NCBI RefSeq assembly: GCF_009914755.1
Contig: NC_060928.1
Strand: one strand, 5' to 3'
Length of the DNA: 64,000 nucleotides
DNA from: the human T2T-CHM13v2.0 reference genome, Homo sapiens
Positions 1-16,400 of this stretch are shown piece by piece (position 1 is the stretch's first letter; the number at the start of each line of letters is the position of its first letter). The position numbers were made by a program, and so were the translations under genes. The notes beneath the pieces are model-generated. The model was given only the letters and a program-made list of their open reading frames with translations, was not told where the DNA came from and searched no databases.

Positions 1-737
1 ATTTGAACAACTGTTAAACCTTTGTTTATAGATTATACCATCAGTAACATTTGGCCTTGCTCCATACTCATCATCTCCATAAAATTAATGAATATTACAA
101 CACTGCATTACTTCACAAAACGAAGTCATTTTCATAAGTCAATGTCTTACTTTACTGCACTTCACAAATCATTAACATTTATCAAAAATATGAAAATATG
201 TTTCATTATAATTATCTCTGCAGAGGTGTCTACAGCTGGTAATGGATTTCAATATGGCAGATATAGGGTATCTGTTATTTTTACATTAGAAAAGTAACCC
301 TAAAAGCAGGCAGATATGATTACCAACAGCTTTGATCATATGTACCAACATATAGCTAGTAGACTTACTATTAGAAGGTGGGCAGTAGAGGAGAGAGGGG
401 GCACAAAAGCAACACACTGAGAAAGCAAAAATGTAGCTACTACAGTTCTGCTCTGGACTTTATACCATTTAATATACTTATATACTGCTATTCGGATAAT
501 AGACCCCTTCCCACTCTGATCACAAACGTGAGCACACTACCCAAACTAAGTCAAACAGATTCTCTCCTCCATAAATTCCAGTCATGGTTAACACAAACAC
601 ACACATTCAGAAACCAAGATTAGTTAGAATTGAGTCATCTGATACACCTTCCTCAGACATAAGCAAAGCCTCCCTGGTTTCTGCCCTTCTCAAGATTTGG
701 TTTTCAAATCTTCTTTTCAATCCTTTCCTACACATAC

Positions 738-2258
738 TGAGAGGTGACAATGTGCTAGCAGCCCTCGCTTGCTCTCAGCGCCTCCTTGGCCTCAGTGTCC
801 ACTCTGGCCACGCTTGAGGAGCCCTTCAGTGTGGAGCCCTGCACTGTGGGAGCCCCTCTCTGGGCTGGCTGAGGCCGGAGCTGGCTCCCTCTGCTTGCCA
901 GGAGGTGTGGAAGGAGAGGGAATGGTGGGAACCTGGGCTGCGCCCGGCGCTCACCAGCCAGCATGAGTTCCGGGTGGGCGCAGGCTCAGCAGGCCCCACC
1001 CTTGGAGTGACCAGCTGGTGCTGCCGGCCCCAAGCAGTGAGAGGCTTAGCACCCAAGCCAGCAGCTGCAGAGGATGTGCGGGGTCCCTCAGCATTACCTG
1101 CCCACGCGGGCCTCAGCCGCCTCCCCGTGTGGCAGGGCTCAGGACCTGCAGCCCTCCATGCTCAAGCACCCCCCATCCCGCCCGGAGGGCTCCTGTGCAG
1201 CCCGAGCCTCCCTGATGGGCGCCGCCCCCTGCTTGTGGCACCTGGTCGCACTGACCTCCCAAGGGCTGAGGAGTACGGGCACGTGGCGCGGACTGGTGGG
1301 CAGCTCTGCCCATGGCCCCTGCGCAGGATCCACTAGGCAAAGCCAGCTGGGCTCCTGAATTGAGTGGGGACTTAGAGAACTTTTATGTCTAGCTGGAGGA
1401 TTGTATATGCATCAATCAGCACTCTGTGTCTAGGTCAGGGTTTGTGGATGCACCAATCAGCACTCTGTATGTAGCTAATCTGGTGGGGACTTGGAGAACT
1501 TTTATGTCTAGCCAGAGGATTGTAAATGCTAAAGGATTGTAAACGCACCAATCAGCACTCTGTGTCTAGCTCAAGGTTTGTAAATGCACCAATCAGTGCT
1601 TGTGTCTAGCTAATCTAGTGGGGACTTGGAGAACTTTTGTGCCTAGCTAAAGGATTGTAAATGCACCAATCAGCACTCTGTGTCTAGCTCAAGGTTTGTA
1701 AATGCACCAATCAGCACTCTGTGTCTAGCTCAAGGTTTGTAAATGCACCAATCAGCTCTCTGTAAAATGGGCCAATCAGCAGGATGTTGGGGGCGGGGGT
1801 CCCATAAGAGAATAAAAGCAGGCTGCCCAAGCGAGCAGCAGCAACCCACTTGGGTCTCCTTCCAGGCTGTGGAAGCTTTGTTCTTTTGCTCTTCACAATA
1901 AATCTTGCTGCTGCTCACTCTTTGGGTCTGCGCCACTTTTAAGAGCTGTAACACTCACCATGAAGGTCTTCAGCTTCACTCCTGAAGCCAGCAAGACCAA
2001 GAACCCACCAGAATGAACAAACAACTCAAGATGCGCTGCCTTTAAGAGCTGTAAGGCTCACCGCGAAGGTCTGCAGCTTCACTACTGAAGTCAGCGAGAC
2101 CACGAACCCACCAGAAGGAAGAAACTCCGGACACATCTGAACATCTGAGGGAACCAACTCTGGACACACCATCTTTAAGAACTGTAACACTCACCGTGAG
2201 GGTCCGCGGCTTCATTCTTGAAGTCAGCAAAACCAAGAACCCACCAATTCCGGACATA
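738..2258 (+). mobile_element. LTR12 (ERV9/HERV9) solo LTR
   Basis: Starts TGAGAGGTGACA and ends CCAATTCCGGACATA (consensus ...GGACACA). Has a GC-rich 5' part, ~41-bp CCAAT tandem repeats (~1400-1780), AATAAAA TATA-like box at 1811 and AATAAA at 1897-1902. Perfect 4-bp TSD ATAC (734-737 / 2259-2262). Confidence 0.96.
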
Positions 2259-2359
2259 ATACTATATTTGGCTTAATTCTTTATTCACCAATAAAATAAT
2301 TCTAAGTGATAACCTGATAATGCTAAATGATAACCACATATTCTAAATGAAACTCCACT

Positions 2360-2950
2360 AAAAATGGGGTACATGAAAAGAACAAACAAGTATTAGTCCC
2401 TTGTACAGCTTTTTTTCCACTGTAAAGTAAATTAGAAGATGAGAGTGATTTGAGTGGAATATTGCAACACTGTTTAGAACATTCAGTAAACCCATGAGTA
2501 AAGGCTTTGACAGAAACCTTACAGGCTGGAAAACACAACCAAATCCAAAAGAAGTACTTTAGAGACTACAGATTGCTCACTTTTGTAAAATGGAAAAAGG
2601 CCAGTGTAATTGACCTGTAACCAGGTAGCTGGCTGATCTCTTAGAACTATCATTTCATAACAGGGGTCCTTTGCCTATCAGTGATTTCAGAAAACTAGAC
2701 AGTCACATTACTAGTAGCTAGGTCACTGGTGGTAAGTGAGAAATCCACATTATTAATACATGTATTACACTTCCATACTTGCCCTATTCTGACATTTTGA
2801 AAATAAGCTCACTGAATAAACCCTGGCTTTACTAAGGAAGGGGAATGACTACATCTACAGAGGGGATCATCCTATTTTTCTGTTTACTTAAAGCTTTCTT
2901 TCAAGCCAGCTGTTCCTAAGGAAAACTCACACATGCTAGGCCCATTCCCT
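2360..2950 (-). mobile_element. Ancient ERVL-class internal (integrase) remnant
   Basis: The reverse complement of 2599-2638 translates DQPATWLQVNYTG, matching the ERVL integrase motif DQPATWWQVDYIG. Neighbouring sequence also resembles ERVL pol. Boundaries approximate. Confidence 0.6.
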
Positions 2951-2959
2951 GAGGCCAAA

Positions 2960-3520
2960 TAACATTTTGTTTGCAAATGATATGAACAAAAGTCAAACTA
3001 GCTTAAACAAAAAGGGAAGGGCAGGGCAGGAAAGGAAAGGGAAGAAAGAAGAAACAAGGAAGAAAAGAAAGAAGAAGAAAAGAGAGAAAGTAACTGACTC
3101 ACACAACTGGGAAAGTTGGGGGTGGTACCTGCATCACACATCAAACAATCAGATTATCAGCACTCTGAATTTGGCAGTTTTACTTCTCTTTATGGTTTCC
3201 TCCTCTTCTACTAAGGCGAGTCCTGTCTTTTGGCAGATGACATGATTGGGACAGTATCATGAACTTATTTTCTGTTTCCCATTGTCTGTGTATATCTCAT
3301 CAAAAGCTCTAACTCACTTGTTTTAGGTTACATGTACTTCCAAATCATAGCCAGACATCAGTTACGTCACAACTCTGCTATATAACCCAGTTCCTTTTGT
3401 GAATAGCAGTCTCATCAGAACCTCATGGAATAAGAGAGGGGCAAAATTAAAAAGGAGAGGGTATTTGTATCAGAAAAACATACAATGAGTAGACAAAATC
3501 AGGCTGTGCATTACAAAAAA
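2960..3520 (-). mobile_element. Degenerate MaLR LTR (MLT1-type) containing a purine-rich GAAA tract
   Basis: MLT1-like opening (ttgtttgcaaatga...aaactagcttaaacaaaaaggg) with a GA-rich expansion at ~3015-3090. Recognised from recall only. Confidence 0.4.
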
Positions 3521-3619
3521 TACTATTTTGTAAAATAATATACAAATTTAATAAAAAGTAATACTAATTTAATATATAATTTAGCCTTAGACATTAAAGA
3601 TTAAAAAGACTTAGAAAAG

Positions 3620-3900
<281 letters not shown>

Positions 3901-4653
3901 AAAAAGACTTAGAAAAGAAGCTTTAATCAAGTAAATGATCTATTTCTATATTACTGATAACCACCTGAAGTAAAATTCTCAACCCCAAGATCCACAGAAG
4001 GATCACTTTTGCAAAGACATGTCCTAATACTCATGACTTAATTGTTGTCTTATGAATAAGTGTTGATTGCTTAGCTTTATATTTAATGCCATCCAGAAGT
4101 ACTGCTTACACAGTTTTGTATTTGTAAAATACTAAATATCATCACATATTAGCTCCTTGATCCTGATAGGTTATCATATTTCACTTCACAACAAATTATT
4201 TTTCTTTTCAAAATTTCTTTTAGCTAAAAGTGTTTACTAAGGGAAATAATTAAATCATAATAAGTTTAAGGCACATGCACAAATCTGGCATGAAATTACA
4301 AAGAAAATATATAAAGATATGAAAACAAATTTTTAGAATCTATTTCATTACTCCAAAGAGTTTTAAAAATATATTTAAATAGCATTAAAAATTCTCAGAT
4401 AAGGCACAGATGTTAGCACTTTATGTCTCATTGCTTGTGCAGCTATTGTCTCGTGTACTGACAAATCAGTAGAACTACTCTCACATGAATATTGAGCAGA
4501 TGAGAACCTGTTGAAGAAAGGTATGCCATCAATGATGTAGAAACAACTACCAAATATTTAAAACTAATACAATACTGCTTTCATTAAAAAAAACTCTATT
4601 GTTGTTGAAAAAATGGATGTGAAAGAATTCCACAAAATCTGATAGAGCAATTT

Positions 4654-4813
4654 TTTTTTTTTTTTTGAGACGGAGTCTTGCTCTGTCGCCCAGACTGGAG
4701 TGCAGTGGCACAATCTCAGCTCACTGCAAGCTCCACCTCCTGGGTTACGCCATTCTCCTGCCTCAGCCTCCCGAGTAGCTGGGACTACAGGCACCCGCCA
4801 CCACGCCCGGCTA
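4654..4813 (-). mobile_element. 5'-truncated AluY (right monomer only)
   Basis: AluY diagnostics (tgcaagctcc, cgccattctcc). Ends at the linker. 14-bp TSD TGATA(G/C)AGCAATTT (4640-4653 / 4814-4827). Confidence 0.92.
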
Positions 4814-6415
4814 TGATACAGCAATTTGATGTTTGTGTGGAAATCACTCAACATACATCTTTTAAAAGATTAGATTTCTTCATATCATTCATACGTGTAA
4901 AGCCTTTTTATGCTCACTTCATTGCCTTATTCTACCCAAATTAAAAGCAATGACAAGCATGTTAAGATATTAATAAAAGGACAAGGATAAAAGAAAGCCT
5001 GGGTGGACAGGGGACAGGAGATCTTCACCTAACCACATGAATAGAGAAGGGGAGCAACCCATGGGTGAGCAATCTGTTACTATACAGCAACCCTGCCTAG
5101 GAGGAAACATGGCCTCTCCATCCACCAATCCAATACTCTCTCTTATGGGGAAAAAAAGGGGAAATAAACAGAAAAAAAATCCATCTTTCTATACCTATTC
5201 TCAGGATTGGTAAGAAGAATATAAATAATGCATGAAAAATGCTTATTCAAAGTGACTGATACAGTTAAATGCAATAGATAGAAGCTGCTAGTTCTTTTTT
5301 TGAAATTCAAAATAGTTCTTTTTGCTTTTATTTTCATGGTTAAAAGAAAATACACATTCTTTGATTAAAAAAAAAATGAAAACATGCAAGTGAACAAAAA
5401 CAGTAAAACTGAAAACTCCTGAATTCCCACCAACCAAGCTACTTAGTCATAACCACTGGTAAAATATTGGAAAGTATCTTGCCATTCCTGCTCTTTATAA
5501 TTTACTTTTGCACCTAAAATATATTATGAACATCTTCTCATGTTAATATCAAAATTCTGATGATACTCATGTACCTATGTAGTACAGACTTGTACATGTG
5601 AAACATACTTTATCTGACCACTCTTCCATTGTTGAACACTAATGTTGATTCCTGGTTTTTGCTGTTGTTGTTGTTTTTGTTTTTGGCTTTAGTAAGTAAG
5701 TAATGCCATGATGGGCACAAATGTAGCTAAATATTGGCATGCTTACTTATTTTGCTTCTAGGAATAAATTCTCTGGGTGCATTACAATTATTTTTCTCAT
5801 GTATAATAGTCACTTGTACAATATCTATCTTCCATTTTAGACTGACAAATACATTTTTGAGAGGTTCACATATATTTTTTCTTTTCTCATTTTACTGAGA
5901 TAATCTAGCTTTGCAATTCTTCACCTTAGGGTTTACAGCCTGGTAGGATGTGAAAGTAGCCTGAAGAAGCCTGCCTTTTATAAAAAGCCTAAAATCACTG
6001 ACGAGATTATGTCAGATATCTTAGGGAGGAAAGTAGCAAGGTAGGGATGCCCGGCTAGAGAAAAAGATGCCTGTAGGTTTCTTCAGTAGTACAGACCATA
6101 GTTGGTCCCTAAAGAGGTAGCCAGACCTAAGAGAGTATGATAGGAGGATAGTATATCTAAGAAGTTTGAATCTGGGCAAAGAACCCACCCTCCACACGTG
6201 GCATAAAAGAGAGAGTTCCTGGACTTCCAGGGTCTGCTGTGAACTTGGAAAAGATGATGATACTGACAACCATGACAGAGAGAACAGTCAGTAGCTTTCT
6301 TCCATCTTCTGAGCACTGCAAATTCTCCTTGTGTGATCTTAGGAAGGAATGGAAGAGTAAGAAGAACTGATAAGGAATTTCCTAGCATCCTTTTGGAATA
6401 GCGGTTTAAAGCCTA

Positions 6416-6785
<370 letters not shown>

Positions 6786-9700
6786 TCACCAGAACGGCTG
6801 GCACACTGTAGGTGCTCAATGTTGACTAAATAACATTAGAAAGAAAAAATAAAATGGGAACTGATAAAGTATTGAGGAACATATTAACTGTAGCTTTGGG
6901 GATACTGAAGAGACTCTATTGAAGAGATAACATTTGAGATGCAAGGGCTAAGGAAACAGTGTCTAGCAGAGCCTTGATACACAAAGACCTAGGCACCTGC
7001 TCAGCAAGACTTATTGAGCTGCCTAGGGAGGCTGGAGATGAATTCTGTAATGGTTCACAGCTTGCCTTGGCTCTACTTACTTTGTGTGTTCTGCCTTTTT
7101 CCTTTCCTGGGATTTTAGTCAACCCGAGTTTTAGAGGCTTTTATTTATCTAATTGCTGACCACCCATGTCATCTCACCATATGAATTATGTCTTCTCACT
7201 TACTCAATTTATCTAGGATAGCTTGCAGTCTTAACATGTATGGCCTCTGATCCCCAACTCCTTCCTCTATAGCTTTCTTGTATGTAGTTTAGGACTTCAG
7301 GGACGAAGGCTTTCAACAAACTCAGCTGGGCACACAGACTTGTTTACAGATTGAGAAAATAACAAAAGCAAAACAAGAGAAAAAAAGTAAAGGAAAACGT
7401 AGTAGAGTAGTAGTAGAGTAAAACAAAGTATGAGATAAGAAAGAAGCTCCATATTGCATGGTATATCACATTTAATATGATTGGTCATTTATATTCAGTC
7501 CCATTATATTTAAATCAAAGATAAATAGAACCAAACAATACTCAATATGGCAAAACACCTTAAAATCTGAACTGAAAAAAACAATGTTATTTCTCTGATA
7601 GACAATAAAAAATCATACATAACTAAGATTATCCAAGGAAAAGTTTTAGTGAGTTTTGATGACAATGTGTTCTTGAAAAGCCTTATCTTGTTAAACATAT
7701 GATATTTTTTAACAGCTAGGGGTCATTTCTCAGTTAAAAAAATCTATTTCAAGTAAAATGGCTGTTTGTAAGGAGTCAGAAATTTAAAATAAGAAGTTAT
7801 AAATGTAAAAAGAATTCCTAGCCAACATGCTTTGACCCAAATGGTAATGTTTAGAATCCTTGGTTTCACTACAATTGATAAAATATTTTTATCTACATAC
7901 ATATTTACAGATGTATATCTCCACATATAGAAATCAATTTATGTATTTGTATATATAACTTATTTTTAGAAGACACAAAATGAGGATAATGATCAAAGCA
8001 AAACTAATAGTAAACTCACATTGTTCCAGATTAATGAAATGCTATAGGAAAAAAACAAACAGAGAAGTGCTTGGAAAACATGATTTCATCTATCTTTTGA
8101 TGGAACCCATAAACTTATATTGATCTAAGTCAGTGAATGAAATGATTCATAGAACAAAATTATTTATCCTCAGGGTGGTAGAGAGATTTAGGTGTGCGGA
8201 TAACCAGTTCTAATAAGCACCATGCTCACTCGGCCTGTTTCCTAAAATATCTGCTTGTTCCATTTTCTGCTTTGGGACCTAAGTCAACCCTGGTGTATTT
8301 AAACTTAGTATTTTGTTTCTGAACTTCACAAACATGGGCAATTTTTTTACAGAAGAGCAAAATTAAGTTGAGGTTTAGTTACGAAAACTTTACAGAACTC
8401 CATTTCACAGTCTATGAATCCAATCAACATTCAAAGATTAGGAAGTTGATTAGCTAGTGTATAGATTATCAAGGCTATTTTACTCGTGTTCTCCAGTTGC
8501 TTCTCCTTTGACTATTTAATTGTCTACCTGAATTGTTATCAGATAAGACTCAAGTATAGGAAAGTTCAAAACAAGTAAAACAAGTCTATGGAATCATAGA
8601 ATATAGAAGACCAATATTATGCTTCTCCAACTTGTTATGTTAGTTCTGGTCAAAAACAACCATCACAAAAATAATCTCAAAAAAATTTTTAAATCTTGTC
8701 TAGGAATATTAACACTGTTTATTTAATAAAAATATATTTTTGAGTTGTCTGTTAATTTCATTGATCTACCACTGCTCACGATTACCGTGGAAATCCAAGA
8801 ACTTCTAGTTGGCATATTACTGTTCATGACATTAACAATGTACTGGACCATTGGAGTGAACCATATAAAATGGAATAGAGATATACACTTCAACTGTTCC
8901 AAGTGAAAAACAAAAAAAGCGAATTGCCATCCACATGAATCACTAAAACTTAATTCCTAAGTCTTTCAAATTTTAAACATTAAGCTGAACAAAGGAAGAC
9001 TAGTCGTTTTTTCAGTTTATTTATTTATTTTCCTCTGTAAATCCTGAATTGGTTTCTGTAAACTAGTCAAAGGTATACTCTTTGGGGAATTACTTTTATA
9101 GATTCAATTAAAGTGTATCCTACTAGCATTTTGAAAGTTCAGGTTTAGCAAATATTTCCAATGTAGGTGACACTTCTTAGGATTTTAAAAACATAATAAA
9201 AGTGAGACTCTCTCTGGAATTGTGACTTAGTAACTGAAGGAAATAATTTTTTTCTGTCAAAAAATTGTGTAGGTTTGTTAAAAAAAAAAACAGCAAAAAC
9301 TTGGTTTTAGACATCCACACATCTTGAAATCAAATATACTTTATGTGAAAAGGTACTACTCTATAATTTTCTATCTGCTATCTAAGCATATCTTTATACC
9401 ATGATGTCTGCTTAGACTCAAGAAACAGAAAAATCTGAAGCAGGAACAGAACGAGCAATTTATCTGTCTTAGGTGTATTCCTTGTGATTCTGTTAACTTA
9501 CTCCACAAATATTTATTAAATTCTAACCTAAGGTTGGTTCTGCAGATGATTAACAGTTTGTATGCTAAATGTATTTGGTTTCATTTCATTTGAGAAGAAA
9601 GAGGCAGGTAAATAGCTCCTGAAGACCCAGACTCCTGAATCTTTTATTCACTCATACATACATCAGTGCTTCATTTTGAATTATATGTTTTTGAGCAATA

Positions 9701-10276
9701 AGTCTGGTCACTTCATTTTCAAAACTCAAATATATTTATACAGGTAATTTATTACTTATTATTGCTGGGCTTATCTTATTGTTGCTCCTTTTCCATTGTC
9801 ACTGCCACTATCCCAATTTAGTACTCTTTCACCTAAGATAAAGACAATTAGAGTCATCCCAAACTGTATTTTTTACTTTTAGTATTTCACCTTCCAATTA
9901 ATTCTAATTATTTTTAGCCTGTATCTGTTCTGGGTCCCCATATCCACCTGGACTTTAGTATTCCTGCGGCAAATCTGGTCAAAGAAGGCAGTATACTAAC
10001 AGTCTCACTGGAGTCTGATGAGGTAAAATACTACTGGATAAACCCGATTCACATGGCCAACCATCATTTTGGAACTATTAACCTCCTAATTTTGATAATA
10101 CCTGATACTTGCTGCTTAAGAATCAAACCCTAGGTTTATTACCACTTTACTGAGGCTGAAATTCCAGTGAGAGTGAAATTTTACTGTAAACTTCGGTCCA
10201 TTTCATGAGAGAAGTTTGTTTTAGCCTCAGCTAATGCCTGAAGTCCTAATATTATGTAACAGTAACCCAGATTTTT

Positions 10277-10582
10277 GTTTGTCTGTCTGTTTGAGACACA
10301 ATCTTGCTCTGCCACCCAGGCTGGAGTGCAGTGGCGCGATCTCGGCTCACTGCAAGCTCTGCCTCTGGGGTTCACGCATTCTGGTGCCTCAGCCTCCTGA
10401 GTAGCTGGGACTACAGGCGCCCGCCACCACATCTGGCTAATTTTTTGTATTTTTTTTTTTTTTTTAGTAGAGAGGGAGTTTTACCGTGTTAGCCAGGATG
10501 GTCTCCATCTCCTGACCTCGTGATCCTCCCGCCTTGGCCTCCCAAAGTGCTGGGATTACAGGCGTGAGCCACCGCGCCCGGC
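10277..10582 (-). mobile_element. AluY
   Basis: ttagccaggatggtctc and tgcaagctc diagnostics. 19-bp TSD AACAGTAACCCA(G/C)ATTTTT (10258-10276 / 10583-10601). Confidence 0.95.
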
Positions 10583-11540
10583 AACAGTAACCCACATTTT
10601 TAAGTAGAAATAACATGAGGGAATAAACATGACATTTTATAATTCTAATGTAAACAAATATTATTTTGAACAAAAGTGATTGGTTTTAAGTTTATAGGTG
10701 AATCTTAACTCGCCTTGGTATTTTTCCTTGTCTCTTTAACTTCACACTGGACAAACTGGTAAATAACGTTGAGAGCTTCTTCTGGGCTGCTTATAGTTAG
10801 CTAGCTAGAACTAAATGCTCCCATCCTTCTAAACTCAAAAGTGACCAGGAACCTCCAAAATTCTAAAGTGTTGGGCAGCTATTTTTCTAACACTCAACTA
10901 AACGGCTGGCACCTAAATCCAAATTGTCCATTTCCTTCCATGCAACAAAGTCTGCACTCTAAACACTAGCCCAGTGTAAAAAGAACAACAAGTTTTGAAG
11001 TTCCTCTCCTGGAACCCATTCCCATGCAGCATATAGCAGCACTCAAATCCAAGCAGTCCTTTCCATAGGACACTGAAAAAACAGGATCCCTGTATCTGTT
11101 GATTCTCTTGCCTGTGAGTTCCAGTTTGCACCCAATGATGCTTACTGGTGTTCACCCAAGTCTGCACTATACACTACAAGAAAGATGGCTTCTTTTTTAT
11201 TTTTGATTCTGGGGTTTATACCAGTAAAATGAGATAACATAGGTAAAATCAGTGCAGAGCCAAAGAGGATCTTAAAGCCTCTAAATATTTCAGCTATCAC
11301 AAGATCCTATGAAACATAGCTGATTAACTCCCAGAAGTAGGTGTCAGCATTTGTGGTAAGAATCCCTATTGTGCCCTTGACAGATCAGGGATCATTTATG
11401 GTGGCAAAACCTATTGGATTGCCTAAGACCTTCACCTTCAGATGATTAATCAAGCAATTCTATACTGACTAAGAGATGTTATTGAAAGTACTTCTACATA
11501 TATTGAACCTGGAATTCTTGTAAGGCATTCTCACAGGCAA

Positions 11541-12026
11541 TGTTATAGCTAATTTCATGTATCAGTGTGACTCGGCAATGGGATGCCCAGATATCTGGCT
11601 AAATTTTACTTCTGGGTTTGTTTATGAGGGCATTTCTGGAAGGGATTACACTAGAATGGGTGGATTGAGTAAAGCACGTTGTCCTCCCCAATGAGGGTGA
11701 CCATCGACCAACCCACCCACTGAGGCCTCAAACAGAAGAAAAAGGTAAAATAAGTTTGAATTCTCTCTTTCTCTCTCTCCCCCTGACACTCAGACTGAGA
11801 TATCAGTCTTCTCCTGCCCCGGGACTGAGGCTTACACTATCGGTGCTCCTAGTTCTCAGACATTCAGAATCAGCCTGGACTTTACACCACAAGCTTTCCT
11901 AGGTCTCCAGTTTGTGGGACTTCTCAGAGCAGACTGTGGGACTTCTCAGCCTCCAAAGTCATGTGAGACAATTCCTTATAACACATCCATCCTAATTCTT
12001 CTGATTCTCTGGAGAACTCTAGGACA
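11541..12026 (+). mobile_element. MLT2 LTR (5' LTR of HERV-L)
   Basis: Matches the MLT2 start (tgt...aatttcatgt...ggatgcccagatatctgg) and end (ttctctggagaac). Followed directly by the ERVL internal start gattttgatacc. Confidence 0.88.
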
Positions 12027-12269
12027 GATTTTGATACCTAGAGTGACTGTAGAGTAAAAGAATTTTAAGGACAAGTTTTCTAAATTGACTCTGGGGTTTC
12101 TAGAATTGTGTCTTTAATTTGATTAGCTTTAAGATGCTAATGGCTCTATTTCCAGTAATAGAGCACTGACAGTCCATGGCATAATCTGGCAATAGAGATA
12201 CACAAAATATCTGCATTGGATACACCTAATCAACCACAAATCAACCAACAGTTCCAACCACAAGCAAGA

Positions 12270-12768
12270 TGTCAGAATTAAAGAAGAAAGAAACACAAAA
12301 CACGGCTTGGCAGTCAAAGACAGGTTTTCTTTAGTTAAAACCTAAGAGGCGCTCCTGGCCGACTGTGGTCAGGAGAGATTTCTCTTGTAGACTAAGAGTA
12401 TATATTTGTTTAAGGGTGAGGGGGCTTATCAGAAGTTTGGAATGTTCCTGTTTACGGGAGAAGTTTTATGGTGGGGTTGGAATGTCTCTGGGTGGAAGGG
12501 AGTTCACCTTGGGGCAGGCATCTTTCCAGCCAGAGGGGGGTTATCTCCAGACTGGTATCTTCCCGGCTGGATGGGGGTTATCTCGGGGCTAGCATGTCTC
12601 TGGTTGGGGAGGAGTTTGGAATGTTTCTGGCTGGAGATGTTATTTATGATTTATGGTCATGCTGACCTTAGCCATTAGGCTGATGCCCTTTGGATTTAGG
12701 CGGTTTTTTATTAAGGTGAACTTTAGAATGAGAGGCTTGTCCAAGATGGCGATGCTCCTGCTCTGTCA
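12270..12768 (-). mobile_element. ERV1-class solo LTR (LTR15-like) inserted in HERV-L
   Basis: The minus strand begins TGACAGAGCAGGAGCATCGCCATCTTGGAC and has TG...CA termini. Flanks CAAGA (12265-12269) / CAAGG (12769-12773). HERV-L resumes after it. Subfamily name tentative. Confidence 0.8.
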
Positions 12769-14254
12769 CAAGGAACTGGGTGACTTTTGTAAAACTAACA
12801 AATATAGTAAGTTTGGCTGGTTGCTCCTAATGCTGCCAAAGTGTTGGAAGAAAAGGATGAGCTCACGGATTCAGATGTGCAGCTCAAACACCACATAAAT
12901 GACCAGAGGTATCTATGTGTACATTGAAGGAGACCCTTAGCTCCTATAGCCACAGGGCTGAGACTGCTGAAGATCAAACAGAGAATCTCATCCTGTGACT
13001 GACTGATTACAATGCAAGTTGAACCCCCAGCCTCATAGGCCAGATGCTGCTGAAGTGAAGGTATTGATTGGAAAATAATGGGATCCTATAAATTGGGATT
13101 GAGATGTGTGGGAAGACCCTGATGAAGCTGGTTACATTGAACCCCTAAATTCTGATTAGTTTTCTTTTCTAGTGAAATTGGTCTCCCCCCTTTGGCTGTG
13201 GCATCTACATTCATAGTGGTATTGGTTTTTCCACCTCCTAAGGAAAGTATAATGGCCTCCCCTGAAGCAACTGCCATGAAAGACAATACCAATTCTCTTC
13301 AGTACCCATCCCACAGCCTCTCTTTGTTTCTACATCTATGACAAGGCTCAAGTATCAGCAAGCCTCCAAAGGTGAGGTACAAAGTATAACACATAAAGTA
13401 TGTTACACTCTGAAACAACTACTTGAGTTTTCTAATTTATACACAGAGAAAATGGGAAAACGTGTTTAAATGGATGCTAAAGCTGTGGCTGTGGGATAAC
13501 GGTGGAAGAAACAAGTTGGATTAGGATGAATATATTGACATGGACTCACAAAACAGAGATTCTGCATTTAATGTTGCAGTTCAGGGAGTTAGGAAGGATT
13601 ATAATTGGTTGGTTGGTTGGCTAAAACACGGACCAAAAGATGGTACACAGTGAGTAAATTAGATATTCTAGAAATGCTTTGGTTTAATATATAGGAAGGT
13701 ATTCAAAGGCTTAGGAAGACGGAACTGTTAGAGTACAGTCATTTAAGACCTACTCACCCATACTGAGAGGGCCCAAGAGACATGACTTTCACCAATACTA
13801 TGAGAAATAAATTTTTGAGGGGAGCCCCAGCATCCTTAAAGAGCTCTGTAATTGCTCTTCTCTCGTCTGTAGTGGGAACTACAGAAACTGAACTAGGAAA
13901 TCTAAATGTAAAGGAGATAATTAGATCCTAGGGTGACAGGGGCCAAGTGGTAGCACTCAACTGCCAAAGACAAGGTGGGCATGATTACTATGATGGAGAG
14001 CAGAGTCAAAACAGCAATAATAATAATCTGACTCACACAGACTTATGGTGTTGGCTAAATGACTACGGTGCTCCTAGAAGTAAAAAACATAGAATAGAAA
14101 ATAGTAGGAGCCTACTAAATTCTTTCTTGATCTGCAGAAGCAGAAAAGTTCAAGGTCAAGTGAACAAAACTTTAACCTGAAGCATAAAAACAGAAAGTAA
14201 CAGCCCCTCAGTGAATTCCCAGATTACAGCCAATTTACAGATTCAGAACCCCTA

Positions 14255-16400
<2,146 letters not shown>

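Noticed and set aside
755-1358. GC-rich overlapping ORFs up to 143 aa (similarly 24031-24643 up to 170 aa, and 50189-50826)
   Set aside because: They lie inside LTR12 U3 regions. High GC suppresses stop codons in all frames, and there is no recognisable protein domain.
1380-1780. Regularly spaced ~41-bp repeats resembling a CRISPR array (also ~23660-23990 and ~50820-51325)
   Set aside because: These are the known LTR12 CCAAT enhancer repeats. There are no unique spacers and no cas genes, and the DNA is primate.
2051-2056. GTAAGG variant in LTR12 copy 1 as a new splice donor
   Set aside because: Weak exon-side context (GCT), and it lies downstream of an intact AATAAA.
9920-11400. Possible additional ancient LTR or ERVL/Gypsy internal remnant
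   Set aside because: Only a vague resemblance (e.g. minus-strand LTTNADTYF near 11330-11365). Not supportable without an HMM search.
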